Positions 37,724 to 49,254 of a DNA stretch of 60,436 nucleotides are shown piece after piece. The notes under the pieces are model-generated. The model was not told the origin of the DNA. It did no database searches and worked only from the letters and a program-made list of their open reading frames with translations. The position numbers and the translations under genes are program-made. Source of the DNA: a virus (Duplodnaviria; Caudoviricetes); IMG/VR virus record IMGVR_UViG_3300032287_002746, positions 1 through 60,436 of that record. One strand, given 5' to 3'. Numbering within the stretch: the stretch's first letter is position 1; every line of letters starts with the position of its first letter.

Positions 37724-40700
37724 TTATAAACATTTAAGTTTTTCAATAATTTCTTGGTTAGATAATCCTGTAGATTTCAACTGCACTGCCATGTCTGCAA
37801 AAGTTTTAGCATATGCCTCTAAAGATTGACGTTTACCACTTTGTTCGTAGAAGTGTTTTATTACATCAAAGGTAACATTAATATTTTGAATATCAAGATC
37901 TAATTGAGTAAGTGGTGCAGATGTTTCTGGTTTAATAGAATAGTCTTCAAACATCTCTGCTGTTAATCCAAAAGTCATGTCTACTTCTGACATATCAATC
38001 TTTTCTTTTCTATTTATAAGACTCATATATCGTTTAGATTGTTCAATGCTAAATCCAATTGGACTAAGTGTATTGGTTGTAAGTTCCATTGGTAATGCTA
38101 CATATTTTGCAGCGTTACCTGTAGTTCTATATTCACCTACACCGGCAATAGAATTGATAATAGATTTACCAAAACTCTTATTACCTATTTCTTCATCAAC
38201 ACCTTGTAACAAATAAGTAGTGGATCCAAGTTTTAACATAACTGGAAACTTAAACTTGTTTTTGTCATCTTTATCTTTGAAAATGTTTAACTTTTCACCT
38301 ACAGCCATTACTGCTTGAGTAGTTGCTTCTGGAATTGCATTAGCACCTTTCATGTTAATTACAATTTCTTCAAGTTTACCGGTAGTTAATCTGTCAGTAA
38401 GTAAAAACCCTTTTTTGTCTGCACTAACAACTAAACCTAAAATACTTCCAACAATTTTGTTTGCAATTTCAATTCTTTCTTTAGCATCTGTTGTTTGGAA
38501 ATTAATATTTTTCATAAACTTAGACGCGTAATCTGCAGACTCGTTGTAGGAAATATTTTTAACACCTTTGATTTTCTTATTACCAACTTCTTTTGATGCA
38601 CCATGTGCCATCAAAACAAACAAGTCATCAAACAATTTATACACTTCTTCTTGAGTAGTTGTTGTCTCATCACCAATAAATGATTTAATTGCATCAATTA
38701 GTTCCTTTTTATTACCTTGAGTACTCTCAATTGCTTTGATAAAGTCTTCTATATTTTTAGATAACGGTATTTGTAATTCAGCAGGCAAGTATTGTAAAAA
38801 AGATCCAGATTTATATTGCAATCCGGTTCTTGCAAGTTCATGATAAAACAGTTTTTTCATAAACAAGTTTTCTTTTTTGTACAATACATATGCGTCATTC
38901 GAAATACTATCAGCCAGTTCACCAGCAATTTTTGCTTTACTTACCATCTGTAAAGTTTTTTCTTGAACTGGTTGTCCGTCTGTTGTAAATACTGTTGCAG
39001 TATTATTAGATGTTTTTAAATATTGTAAAAACTTGTTGTCAGGATATTGATCCTTCATCATGTCAAGTTCTTTATCTAAAGTATTTGTAAACCAATAGTC
39101 TGCAGTAAATGTTTCAATTAAGTTTTTATCATCTGCATCAAAGTTTGCTTGCATTGATGCATTGGTGCTTTTTCTACTTCCAGGAAGACTTAGTTGATAT
39201 TTACGCAATGCAACAAAACTTGTCATAATCTTGGCAATGTTAGACGGATCTGTAAATACAGTGTCAAACAAGTTTTTAATTGGTTGGAAGAACAATGTTC
39301 TTTCTAAAAATATCTTAGAAGATTGTTGTTTTAAATCATCCATTGCTTCACTAAGTGGAACCCATACTTGTTTTCCATCAAACAATTTATCGCTGGACTC
39401 TACTGTAAAGATAGATTCACCATCGCGTAACTGATTAATATTTTTATACAACTTGTCAAAAGATACAAAAGTTGGATTAAGTTTTTTATACAAATCAACT
39501 ATTGCACCTGCATTTCGTATCTTCCATGCTTGTTGTGATTGTTCTTTGTATAACTGTAATAAAATTAACTTTTGTGCTTCATTTGATAATGCTGTTTTAA
39601 CACCTCCAACATAAGCTGATACTTCATATCCAATGTCTTCAGTAGTAAGAGAGTTATTCTCTAATCTGTATTCATCAAGTGGAGTCTGTTTAAAGTCAAT
39701 CATCAAGTTGTCTTTGTTAATTTTAACATTGACAGCATATGAGTCTGATGCAATTAATCCTGCATCGATTAATTCATTTAACAGTTTTCTGTCACCATTG
39801 GTTTTAACAAAATTTTCAATTTCTTTACCAATCATGTCATTTAAAAACAAAAACTCTGATGAGGTTGACTCACTAATTGCAAAACGAGATGCTTGAACTT
39901 TGTATATAGCGTTTCTTATTTCAGGAATAAAATTAAATCCAAATGCAAACGCAGGATCTAATCCAATTCCAATCATTGCAAGAGTAACGCCAGTGTTTAT
40001 TTCATTCATTTCTAATGCTGCAGGAATAGGTTTCTTCATACCATCCGCAGCAATACCTAATACAATACCATTAAGTTCAATTACACGTTGACCATTTTTG
40101 TTTATCGCACCAAATCTGTCAAGATTGTTTTGAGTAACTTCTGTAGTACCATCTGATTGTAAATCATTACTTAAAAATTTCCAAATGACATTATCAGAAT
40201 TTAGTTCTAATTCATATTGACTTGCAAGTGCTAAGAATTTTTGTAACGATGCTGCAATACCAATCATGTCTTTATAAGCAGAACCTAAATATTTAGACTC
40301 GATAATAGATGTAATTGTATTTGGATCAGACTTAGGTCCAAAGTTTTCAAGATCTCTACCAAATCCTTTTACTATACCTTCAAAGTATTCTGTAGAAGAT
40401 TTTGCATGTATGTACAAGTTTTTGAAGACTGCTTCATTAGAAAGAATATCAATTTTTGCTTCTAAGTTATTGTTTTGATGTATTGGTAATACAGACAAAT
40501 GATTTACAATGTTGCTGTCAAAGTTTGCTTGATCAACCGGTAAACCATATTTCTCAAAAACTTGTAATGCTGATTCAATACGTACAGATGCATTTACAAA
40601 AGTTTTTAATCTACGTTTTTCATCACGTGTCTTTTTAAGATCTTGATATGTTTCATCAAGTTCAGTTTTTAAATCAAAATGTTCTTTACCTAATTTTCTA

Positions 40701-43700
40701 CGATTTGCTCTTGCAACATAATCATCAGGATCATTTTCAGTATCTTGTATTGATTGAACAAACGCTTCTTTAACAACCTTTTTTTCAGATTTTATTTGTT
40801 CAATATCATCTTGTAAATCTTCTTCGTAACTCTCAAGTTCATCGTATATACCTGCAGTTAACGCTTTGATATACTCTTCTTGAGTATAACCCATTCCGTA
40901 CATTACCTCAAGAGTGTTTGCACTTATTGAAAGTTCTCCGGATTCTAATAATGCTTTTCTTTTTGCACTAATTAATTTTCTAAAGTTTTCATCATTAGCC
41001 ATGTAATGAATGTACTCTATAAATTTACCCTGCGCAGGAGATTTATAAATATCATAGTTACCATATTTTGCATAATCACCAACTGCATTTACATAATGAG
41101 CATATGTTTGACCGTATAATGAGTCAACGTCAAAGTCAGATCCTGCAAGTAAATGAATAAATTGTGGTACAATAATACTATTTAAGTTAGAGCTATCTAC
41201 ATAGTCAACTACTTTTAATACAATCATAGATCGTTTATCCTCAGTAGGAATACGCAACGCAAACATTTCTCTAAGGTTTTCCATAAAGAAGTCTTCTTGT
41301 TGCTGACTTCTAAAGAATTGTTTTGGTAAAATACATTCAACAAAGTATTTTTTACTAATCAATTCTCCTTTAGAATCATATTCAGCTTCAATACGAACAC
41401 CTAATGGTCTGCTTTTTACATTAGGATAGTTTTCCGGATTGTTTTTATAATCTTCAGTTGTAACAACTTCGCCATCTTCGTTTTCTAATACATCAAGTCC
41501 AAATGAAGAAACGTGGATATTTTTAAATCCAGAACCTCTTTCATCAGTTACATGCTTGCTGTAAAGTGAAAAGAAATAATATTCTAACATAGATCTAATA
41601 CCTGGAAGGTTAGGACTATGAACAGGTTTACCAGAAGCGTCAACATCAAATAGTTTTAATACTGATGCCGGTGCATTTTGTTGCTCAAGATTTTCTCTAA
41701 TTAAATCAAATACTTTTCCTAAATCAAAGTCTTCACCTTTACGCATAAAGTGTTTTAAAGACTGTAAGTTAGAATCAGCAATGTCGTAAAGCGACTCTTG
41801 ATATTTAAGAAGAACATTGCCTAACTCGTTCATTGCTTTTCTTTCTGAAGAAGACATCACGGTTCCGTCTTCAGCATGACGCTTTTCTGCAAGTTTTTCA
41901 ATGTATTTTAAATCTGCAGGTAATAGTATTTTACCTTGCACTGAAAAACGTGCTGTATCATGTACACCAGATGTTTCAACTTGAAGATATTTGTCTTCGT
42001 TGTTTACTCTTAATGATGCTAAATCTAACGGAAGATACTCTTCAGCTTGATGCGCAAAGAAATCAACAGGAAGTTTTGTAGCATTTTTAGATGCTTCAGT
42101 ATCCATTAACTGATCTATATTATGATACTCCATAGAATTTAAAATCTTATGCAATTTTATTCTATTAGGAAGCGGTTCATAATATGCATGAATTTTTACA
42201 TATGTGTTTTGAATGTCTCTTTCTAAATCATTAATGGTACTATCAAATTCTCCTGTATCATTAATTCTATGTGACTCTTGTATTTGATTACGTAAGCTGT
42301 ATATGTACATGTATTTAGAATGCAAATCATCATATACTTGTTCGCGTGTTTTACCTTCCGGTACAATTAATCTACTTACATCATTTCTATCAATGTATGT
42401 TTCTGATTGTTTATGATATACATTACGAGAAGCAGTAACAGTTTTCTTAGGATTGTTTACTACTTTGTTTTTCTCCATGTTTCGAACCTCTTCTTCAGTT
42501 AGTTCACGATATTGTTTTGCAATAATAGAACGTAGTATTTCAGGAGTAAGTCTTCCTAAAGCGTCATACATATCTGTTTGATGAAACAATGTAGAAATAC
42601 TTTGACCATCAAATACTTTTTGATTAAGATTAAAATTGTCATAAATGTATTTACGCACAACATCATCAGTAATCTGAATATCGTTTAGTACTTCTTCAGG
42701 AGTATAAAATGGTCCATACTCTGGGTATTTATCATTTATATATCCTTCAATAGTATTAAGATAAGTAACTGTATGTTTACCTGCTTTCATTGTACTACCA
42801 GACGCAAGTAATTTTTTATTACGTTTTGTAGAATCAATACCATCTTTAACATTCATTGCCTTGTCACCCAAGAACAATTCATTAACCATTAACGAGTTGT
42901 ACCATTGATTAAAGAAATAATCAGCAAGTAATCCATTTAAGTCGCTACGAGATTGCAGTTCAGCTCTTACATCATAGTTTGGTTTTGTACCTGCATACAC
43001 TGTAGAAGTACTTTGATCAGGTCTGCTGTCAATTTTTAATTTATCTGCAATTAAACTTGAAGTTAAATATCTAAGCGGTGGTTGTTTTGTTTCAAATACA
43101 ATAGGATTTCCTGAAGTATCTGTAATAGTTTTACCAGTTGCTGGATCTTTTTTAAGAGCTTTTACTGTTTCTTCATTTTCTTTTACAACACCTAAATCTT
43201 TTAATGTATTTATGTACGTGTTTAATTCTTGTAAAGCATAGTTGTTTAATCCTTCACGCAAATCTGCTAAAGTGCTTTCATCAATGTCTTCAAATGCAAT
43301 GTTTTTATCCTTTGCAAGACCTATTAATGTTTCTGTTAAAGTATCATTTTCAGGAGCTGCAAAAAAGTATGGCAAGTAATTAAAGTTGTATGCTCTTAAA
43401 TTTTCAGCATCAGTGTCTGCTTTTGTTTTATCATCTTTGTTTAGTACACCATTGTACTTGTTAATCAGTCTATTTGATTTACCAGAATCAAAATTTGTTT
43501 TATTATCAACTCTACTATTCCATTCTTTTTTAATTCTGTTAAATTCTTGTTTTACTTTACCTTCAAGATCAGCAACAATTTTTAAATGTTTTCCTTCTTT
43601 AAGAAGACCTGTTTTATCTGCATAAGGTTTGTAGATAGAAGTGATTAAAAAGTTTGTCTGAGATGCCTCAAGTGTATCAAAAGTACGCAAGAATGTTTGG

Positions 43701-46700
43701 AATGACGTAGTGATGTCTTCCGGGTTTCCATCTTCATCTAATTTTGTTTCAGTAGATGAAACTGTTGTTCTTTGTAAAAATGATAAGATACTCATTACAT
43801 GGAACGATTGCTTATCAAGTTTGCCAAATGTTTTACCATCCTTGTATGTTTGATTGTTAAACTGAGCAACTCCTCCAAATAAAGACACTCTCATGTTATC
43901 CATTAACAACTGTGCTTTTTTTGCATCAGCTGTGTCTTTACCAGCAAGTAAGTCTGCAAACAACGGATTGTCTTTATAAAAATCTTTTAAGAAATCATTA
44001 TAATAAGGATCCTTTCTTAATGTGTTTTCTAATCCTGCTCTTCTAAGAGATTGAGCAGTAGAAATTAAAGGTGTGTATTTTGTATAACGATACACTGGTT
44101 TACCAGCAGCATTTCTAAATACACTTGGTCTATCAGTAGCATCGTACTTTAATATATATTTTTGAAATTTATAAGCAATACTAAAGAAACGCTTAAAGTT
44201 ATCATTGTTTTCATCAAGCATTTTACCAAATGCGTTTGAAGTAATTTTATCATCTTTAACCGTATTGTATATTGCTCTTATGTCATAGAACAAGTCTTTT
44301 TGTAAAAACGCTTTATCAGCAATAAGAGAAGCATTAGCATCATAATGTAAAAGTGTTTTATTATCTATTTGTGATAATCCATTATTGTTATTGTCTATTT
44401 TATCAATTGCTAAAATCGACATTCTTATTAATGATTTTGGAAAGTCAATACCTACACCTTTGAACGCATTATATAATTCAAAAGTTAGATCTTCTAAATC
44501 ATTATTTGCTTTTGCTACACTACCAAGAATTATCTTTTTATTAATAATTCTGTTTGATAACTCAATTAATCTATTTACAGATGCTAAGTATTCTTCATCA
44601 TTTCTTTTTTTAGCATGAGTAGTAATCATAGAAGCAATTAACTTACTTCTTTTATTCTTTGAATCTATTTTTACAATAGTGTCTCCTAATGAATAGTTTT
44701 CAATATTGTTACCTTCTTCTTCAAATACTCCTGTTTTTAATCTGGCATGCAACATTATATATTCTGTTTCAGTACCATGAAGTACGTCAACAAACATGTT
44801 GTACAACTCACGATTTTTGGATGGACTACTACCATTTTCATCCATACCAGTGTACTCTTTTAACTGCTCAAACAAAGCTTTTAATTCTGCAGCAGCATCT
44901 GTTTTACCATCTTCTTCGTAAACGTCAGCAGTAACTTTTATTTGATTAATAATATTATCTACTGATACATCAGATGTGATTTTTAATAAAGTGCCATAAA
45001 TATTTTCTCCGTCAATAACACGAGGAAAAGAAATACCTAAGTCTTGATCTTCTTTGTTATAATATATAAGAGCAAGAAATCTTCTAATTTGTCTTGGTGC
45101 TGAATCAAGTCTGTTGTGTTCACCAAATCCTTCATCAATGCTTACATCATCAGATACTTCCTGATCGTTTTCATAGTCTTCATCAACCTGAGATTTTTTT
45201 TCATTTTCTCCAGCAAGTTCTTTTAATAAAAGTGCTTTGTCAATAGTTTCACCAGTTCCATCTAATATTGAATATAACTCTTGTGATTTTTTCTTAACAA
45301 GTTTTTTTAATGTTTCAAGAGACACTTGTCCAAGATCATTGTTTAAAGGATCAGATTCATACTGTGGTATTTTGTTTGGTAATATTCTTTTGTCATAAGC
45401 AGGATCACCAGAGTTGTTCAAATCATAAATTGTCTCACCAGTTGTTCTGGCTCCTAACATAAATCGATATTGTGAAATAAGATCACCATATGTTTGAGTA
45501 ATTTCTTTTGCCTTATCTGGATTTTTTTCAATTAATCTATCAAGATTATACACCTTATCAAGTATTAACTTCTGTGCAGTTTCAAATTTTGCATCAAATG
45601 TTTTATCAGAAGTATTTTCAATAACATATTTTGTTACCATGTTTACTAACTGATTTTGATCAAATGCACTTAATGGCATTGCTTTTTGGCTAACACCTGT
45701 TGCAGATGTTTTGTCTTTTACAATTGCTTTTAAACCGTCAATTACTTCATAAGCAACTTGACCATCGTATAAGTTTGATTGGATCTGCTTGCTGCTATAG
45801 TAACCTCTTTGAATATCTTTGTATGTGCTATCAACAAGTCTACCTCTTTGAGTAAACATGTCAATTAATCTTTTAAGCATTTCAAATAATTTTGCAACAA
45901 GACCTTGAGGTTTTGTGTTTTTATTCATATAGTTTTGGAAACCATCTGCAAGAATTTCTTCAGCTTGTAACTGAAACATTTTCTCGTAATTATATACATA
46001 GTTTCTTTCACTTGCAAATTTTTTCAATGCTGCAGGTGTAAATGCTTTTTTGTATTTTTTATTTGACGCAATAGCATCAATAAGGTTTGATCTTTGTTCC
46101 GGAGACATTAGGTATCTAAATACTCCGTGGAATGCTTCATGATATACTACACCTTTTGACAATATAGAGTTATTCAAATAGATAACTCTGTCTTTAAACA
46201 TACCAAGTACAGTTCCATCAATTGCTGCTAAATCAACTATGCTTGCAATGTCTTCTTGACTAATACCAAACTGAGGCAAATTTTCTTGTAACCATTGTAC
46301 AGAATTTTGTCTTTCTGCTTCTGTTTCAGTTTGTACTTCAGTATTAGAAATAGAAAACACATCAATTTCAGGAATGTCATCATTTGCATCAATGTTTTCT
46401 GTAACAGTTCCTTCTGTGTATTCTGTAGATGGTAATGGTTGACTTACTGGTATATTTTCAATCGGATGATTTGTAACTTCTAATGGTTCCACATTTGCAA
46501 CAGACGCTGCAGTTCCAGATGGAGATTTAGAAGTAACAACAACTTTTTTAACAGGTATTGTTTTAATATCAAAACTACTTACGCTTTTATCATAATCTCG
46601 TCTTGCTTGTGTTTTGTTATTGTTAGCAAATTCAATACGTGGAATATACGCTCCTTCTTCATTTACATCAACAACTAAGTGTTTTGGATCTGGAAAATCT

Positions 46701-49234
46701 TGCATGAAATTTTCTGTAAATCCTGGATACTTTTTACCAACTTCTAATAATTTATCGATTACTCTTTCGATGATTACCTCAGAAAATTTTTGTTGTTGCT
46801 TTTTAATTTCATTTACAAGAGCAACTATGTTTTCAGATGGATTTGCTTCTTTAGATAACTGATTTACCAATGAATAAAACTTTGAAAGATCCTTTTGTTT
46901 GGTAAGGTCTAATTCTGAAAATATAATGTTTTCATTAATTACTTTTGTTACTAACGGACCTCCTCTTAAAGATGCTGCTAAAGTTCTTACATCATTTTCA
47001 GGTGATAAAATAGTTGTACCATCAGCTGCAAATATTGGTCTAAAAGAAAAATTAAAATCTGATTTAAGTTCTTTATCACCCATAAAAGCATACTTACCAG
47101 TACTACTTACAGGTCTAACTTCAACTTGTAAATGTCCATTTGCATCGCTTGCAAAGTTTACATACAATTCTAACTTATCGTTTTTAGATGCAAACTTTTT
47201 AAAAGCATAAACATCTTTATTAAATTGTTGTAACTGAGCTTTTTTATCTGGAGCATTTAATACATTAGCAAGAGTTGTCATAAATGTGGCAAACCCTTCT
47301 TCTTGAGATAATACAAATACAGGTCTTACAACTCTAAATCCATATGTACCGTTGTTGTTAAAACGAATAATTATGTTTGTAGTTGTTTCAACATATTGAT
47401 TGTTTTTAAGTATTACATTTTTGATATAGTCATCAGTCAGTTTTACTTTTGGATCAAAGTAACTTGTTAAGTAATCATCTTGTGTAACTTGGTCAATGAC
47501 ACCTCCGTTTTCATCTTTTATGATAATACGCTCATTTAAACCTAAAGTATTAACTAATGTAAACTTATTTAACTTATCTTTTTCAGGAAACAATCCTGTT
47601 TCTTTATCTTTTTTATCTTTAATTTTACTAAAAGCAAATACAACATTACGTTCTTCTTCTTTGATTATTTGACCAGTATTATCAATTGTTCCAATGGTTA
47701 ACTTACGAGAAAGATTAGGTTCAGACTCAATTACTTCAGATAAGTTTTGTTTTGTTTCTTTACCAAAAGTTTGTGTACCAATGTTATACTGTGAAAAGAA
47801 TTGCTTAGTAACATCAATAGATGTAACATCTTCTGAGAACTGATCCTCAATATTATTTGTCAATTCTTCTTTAAATGTTTTGTATACTTCGTAAGCATTT
47901 TTAAGTGTTAGTAAATCATCTGCAGTTAAATCTTCTATTGATTTATCTCCTAATCTTTTGATAGACAACTCTTTAACTTTTTCAAGATGTACAGGATTTG
48001 AAAAATCTATTTTTTGTGTAGTATTATCACTGTTTAAGAAAACATAATTGTCAAGTGGATACAGGTAAAACTTTTCACCGGTTCCAATTATCTCACCCAT
48101 CAATGCAAATTTACTATCTGCTTTTTGAGGTCTTGCGACAGTAATAACCGTTCCTTTAGAAGTAGACTTTAAATAATTGATTTGAGTTTCATTCTCAAAT
48201 GTTTCATATGTTCTATTACCAAGACCTTTGTATTGTGGATTTGTAGCAAGTCCCTGTATTCTTTTTAGACGTTCATCACCAACAGTGCTTAGTTGTACTG
48301 CAAATATCCGTACACCAGCTTCTGGGTTATCCATCTTTTTAAGTTTATCTTCAATTTGTTCTCTAAGATATACAGTGTTTTCTACAGCTTGGATCTTAAA
48401 ATTAGATGTAAGGGTGTCTTCAAAAAACTCTTGTTTGCCAGTATTACTATTTGAGTAATCATCGTTACGAGCATTTTTTGTACTAAGAATATCTATTTCA
48501 TCAAGTTGAAACTCATTACCATCTTGTGTCATTATAAATAAACCTTCTGGTTTAGCTATTGCCTCAAGCATTTGACCATTTTTTAAAGTAACAAGTACAT
48601 TGTTTAATTCTGCAAGAGATGCAATATCACGCAATGATATGAAGTCAGACTTTTTATCTAACGACTCTATAACAGAATCAATTCTTGCTAATAAAAATTC
48701 TTTCTGAGAATCAGTAGTATTTAGTTCACGAATAACATCTTTTAATTCTGAAGTCATGCTTTTTAATACTTCAGTTCTTTCTTCAAGACTTTCAAATTCG
48801 TGTGTGTTAAAGTAATTTTTTATTGCATTTAATACACCGTTTGATCCTGTTAAATCAATACCGGTAATTGTAGTCATTTTAGAAAGAGCTTCTATCTTTT
48901 TTTCAATAACTTCTGCTTTTAATGAAGGTGTTTTTTTAACAGTGTAAAGATTGCTTACTGCAGATAAAAATTTATCAGGTTCTGAAAGTAATGGTTTTGC
49001 TTCTGCAACCTTTACTGCATTACCAGTTTGATAAAATGAACCATCAAGATCATTTAAACCAATGTATATCTCAGATATTGAAAATAAAGAAAGTGATTTT
49101 TCATTGTTTGAAAGACCACTCTTTAAAATAAACTCTGCTGTTTTATCAAAGTTTCTATATTCGTTTGGATTTAGTTTAATTAGATTCTTTACAATTGATA
49201 CATATTGACCAGTTGTTATTTCACACTGTTTCAT
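37724..49234 (-). CDS. 3836-aa crAss-type virion RNA polymerase with zincin (HExxH) domain
   Basis: RIPTE and catalytic GSDFDVD (about 41122-41145); YHEAFH (about 46127-46144). Confidence 0.88.
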   Translation of the reverse strand: MKQCEITTGQYVSIVKNLIKLNPNEYRNFDKTAEFILKSGLSNNEKSLSLFSISEIYIGLNDLDGSFYQTGNAVKVAEAKPLLSEPDKFLSAVSNLYTVKKTPSLKAEVIEKKIEALSKMTTITGIDLTGSNGVLNAIKNYFNTHEFESLEERTEVLKSMTSELKDVIRELNTTDSQKEFLLARIDSVIESLDKKSDFISLRDIASLAELNNVLVTLKNGQMLEAIAKPEGLFIMTQDGNEFQLDEIDILSTKNARNDDYSNSNTGKQEFFEDTLTSNFKIQAVENTVYLREQIEDKLKKMDNPEAGVRIFAVQLSTVGDERLKRIQGLATNPQYKGLGNRTYETFENETQINYLKSTSKGTVITVARPQKADSKFALMGEIIGTGEKFYLYPLDNYVFLNSDNTTQKIDFSNPVHLEKVKELSIKRLGDKSIEDLTADDLLTLKNAYEVYKTFKEELTNNIEDQFSEDVTSIDVTKQFFSQYNIGTQTFGKETKQNLSEVIESEPNLSRKLTIGTIDNTGQIIKEEERNVVFAFSKIKDKKDKETGLFPEKDKLNKFTLVNTLGLNERIIIKDENGGVIDQVTQDDYLTSYFDPKVKLTDDYIKNVILKNNQYVETTTNIIIRFNNNGTYGFRVVRPVFVLSQEEGFATFMTTLANVLNAPDKKAQLQQFNKDVYAFKKFASKNDKLELYVNFASDANGHLQVEVRPVSSTGKYAFMGDKELKSDFNFSFRPIFAADGTTILSPENDVRTLAASLRGGPLVTKVINENIIFSELDLTKQKDLSKFYSLVNQLSKEANPSENIVALVNEIKKQQQKFSEVIIERVIDKLLEVGKKYPGFTENFMQDFPDPKHLVVDVNEEGAYIPRIEFANNNKTQARRDYDKSVSSFDIKTIPVKKVVVTSKSPSGTAASVANVEPLEVTNHPIENIPVSQPLPSTEYTEGTVTENIDANDDIPEIDVFSISNTEVQTETEAERQNSVQWLQENLPQFGISQEDIASIVDLAAIDGTVLGMFKDRVIYLNNSILSKGVVYHEAFHGVFRYLMSPEQRSNLIDAIASNKKYKKAFTPAALKKFASERNYVYNYEKMFQLQAEEILADGFQNYMNKNTKPQGLVAKLFEMLKRLIDMFTQRGRLVDSTYKDIQRGYYSSKQIQSNLYDGQVAYEVIDGLKAIVKDKTSATGVSQKAMPLSAFDQNQLVNMVTKYVIENTSDKTFDAKFETAQKLILDKVYNLDRLIEKNPDKAKEITQTYGDLISQYRFMLGARTTGETIYDLNNSGDPAYDKRILPNKIPQYESDPLNNDLGQVSLETLKKLVKKKSQELYSILDGTGETIDKALLLKELAGENEKKSQVDEDYENDQEVSDDVSIDEGFGEHNRLDSAPRQIRRFLALIYYNKEDQDLGISFPRVIDGENIYGTLLKITSDVSVDNIINQIKVTADVYEEDGKTDAAAELKALFEQLKEYTGMDENGSSPSKNRELYNMFVDVLHGTETEYIMLHARLKTGVFEEEGNNIENYSLGDTIVKIDSKNKRSKLIASMITTHAKKRNDEEYLASVNRLIELSNRIINKKIILGSVAKANNDLEDLTFELYNAFKGVGIDFPKSLIRMSILAIDKIDNNNNGLSQIDNKTLLHYDANASLIADKAFLQKDLFYDIRAIYNTVKDDKITSNAFGKMLDENNDNFKRFFSIAYKFQKYILKYDATDRPSVFRNAAGKPVYRYTKYTPLISTAQSLRRAGLENTLRKDPYYNDFLKDFYKDNPLFADLLAGKDTADAKKAQLLMDNMRVSLFGGVAQFNNQTYKDGKTFGKLDKQSFHVMSILSFLQRTTVSSTETKLDEDGNPEDITTSFQTFLRTFDTLEASQTNFLITSIYKPYADKTGLLKEGKHLKIVADLEGKVKQEFNRIKKEWNSRVDNKTNFDSGKSNRLINKYNGVLNKDDKTKADTDAENLRAYNFNYLPYFFAAPENDTLTETLIGLAKDKNIAFEDIDESTLADLREGLNNYALQELNTYINTLKDLGVVKENEETVKALKKDPATGKTITDTSGNPIVFETKQPPLRYLTSSLIADKLKIDSRPDQSTSTVYAGTKPNYDVRAELQSRSDLNGLLADYFFNQWYNSLMVNELFLGDKAMNVKDGIDSTKRNKKLLASGSTMKAGKHTVTYLNTIEGYINDKYPEYGPFYTPEEVLNDIQITDDVVRKYIYDNFNLNQKVFDGQSISTLFHQTDMYDALGRLTPEILRSIIAKQYRELTEEEVRNMEKNKVVNNPKKTVTASRNVYHKQSETYIDRNDVSRLIVPEGKTREQVYDDLHSKYMYIYSLRNQIQESHRINDTGEFDSTINDLERDIQNTYVKIHAYYEPLPNRIKLHKILNSMEYHNIDQLMDTEASKNATKLPVDFFAHQAEEYLPLDLASLRVNNEDKYLQVETSGVHDTARFSVQGKILLPADLKYIEKLAEKRHAEDGTVMSSSERKAMNELGNVLLKYQESLYDIADSNLQSLKHFMRKGEDFDLGKVFDLIRENLEQQNAPASVLKLFDVDASGKPVHSPNLPGIRSMLEYYFFSLYSKHVTDERGSGFKNIHVSSFGLDVLENEDGEVVTTEDYKNNPENYPNVKSRPLGVRIEAEYDSKGELISKKYFVECILPKQFFRSQQQEDFFMENLREMFALRIPTEDKRSMIVLKVVDYVDSSNLNSIIVPQFIHLLAGSDFDVDSLYGQTYAHYVNAVGDYAKYGNYDIYKSPAQGKFIEYIHYMANDENFRKLISAKRKALLESGELSISANTLEVMYGMGYTQEEYIKALTAGIYDELESYEEDLQDDIEQIKSEKKVVKEAFVQSIQDTENDPDDYVARANRRKLGKEHFDLKTELDETYQDLKKTRDEKRRLKTFVNASVRIESALQVFEKYGLPVDQANFDSNIVNHLSVLPIHQNNNLEAKIDILSNEAVFKNLYIHAKSSTEYFEGIVKGFGRDLENFGPKSDPNTITSIIESKYLGSAYKDMIGIAASLQKFLALASQYELELNSDNVIWKFLSNDLQSDGTTEVTQNNLDRFGAINKNGQRVIELNGIVLGIAADGMKKPIPAALEMNEINTGVTLAMIGIGLDPAFAFGFNFIPEIRNAIYKVQASRFAISESTSSEFLFLNDMIGKEIENFVKTNGDRKLLNELIDAGLIASDSYAVNVKINKDNLMIDFKQTPLDEYRLENNSLTTEDIGYEVSAYVGGVKTALSNEAQKLILLQLYKEQSQQAWKIRNAGAIVDLYKKLNPTFVSFDKLYKNINQLRDGESIFTVESSDKLFDGKQVWVPLSEAMDDLKQQSSKIFLERTLFFQPIKNLFDTVFTDPSNIAKIMTSFVALRKYQLSLPGSRKSTNASMQANFDADDKNLIETFTADYWFTNTLDKELDMMKDQYPDNKFLQYLKTSNNTATVFTTDGQPVQEKTLQMVSKAKIAGELADSISNDAYVLYKKENLFMKKLFYHELARTGLQYKSGSFLQYLPAELQIPLSKNIEDFIKAIESTQGNKKELIDAIKSFIGDETTTTQEEVYKLFDDLFVLMAHGASKEVGNKKIKGVKNISYNESADYASKFMKNINFQTTDAKERIEIANKIVGSILGLVVSADKKGFLLTDRLTTGKLEEIVINMKGANAIPEATTQAVMAVGEKLNIFKDKDDKNKFKFPVMLKLGSTTYLLQGVDEEIGNKSFGKSIINSIAGVGEYRTTGNAAKYVALPMELTTNTLSPIGFSIEQSKRYMSLINRKEKIDMSEVDMTFGLTAEMFEDYSIKPETSAPLTQLDLDIQNINVTFDVIKHFYEQSGKRQSLEAYAKTFADMAVQLKSTGLSNQEIIEKLKCL

Positions 49235-49254
49235 AAAAGGTGATTTTTTTAAAA

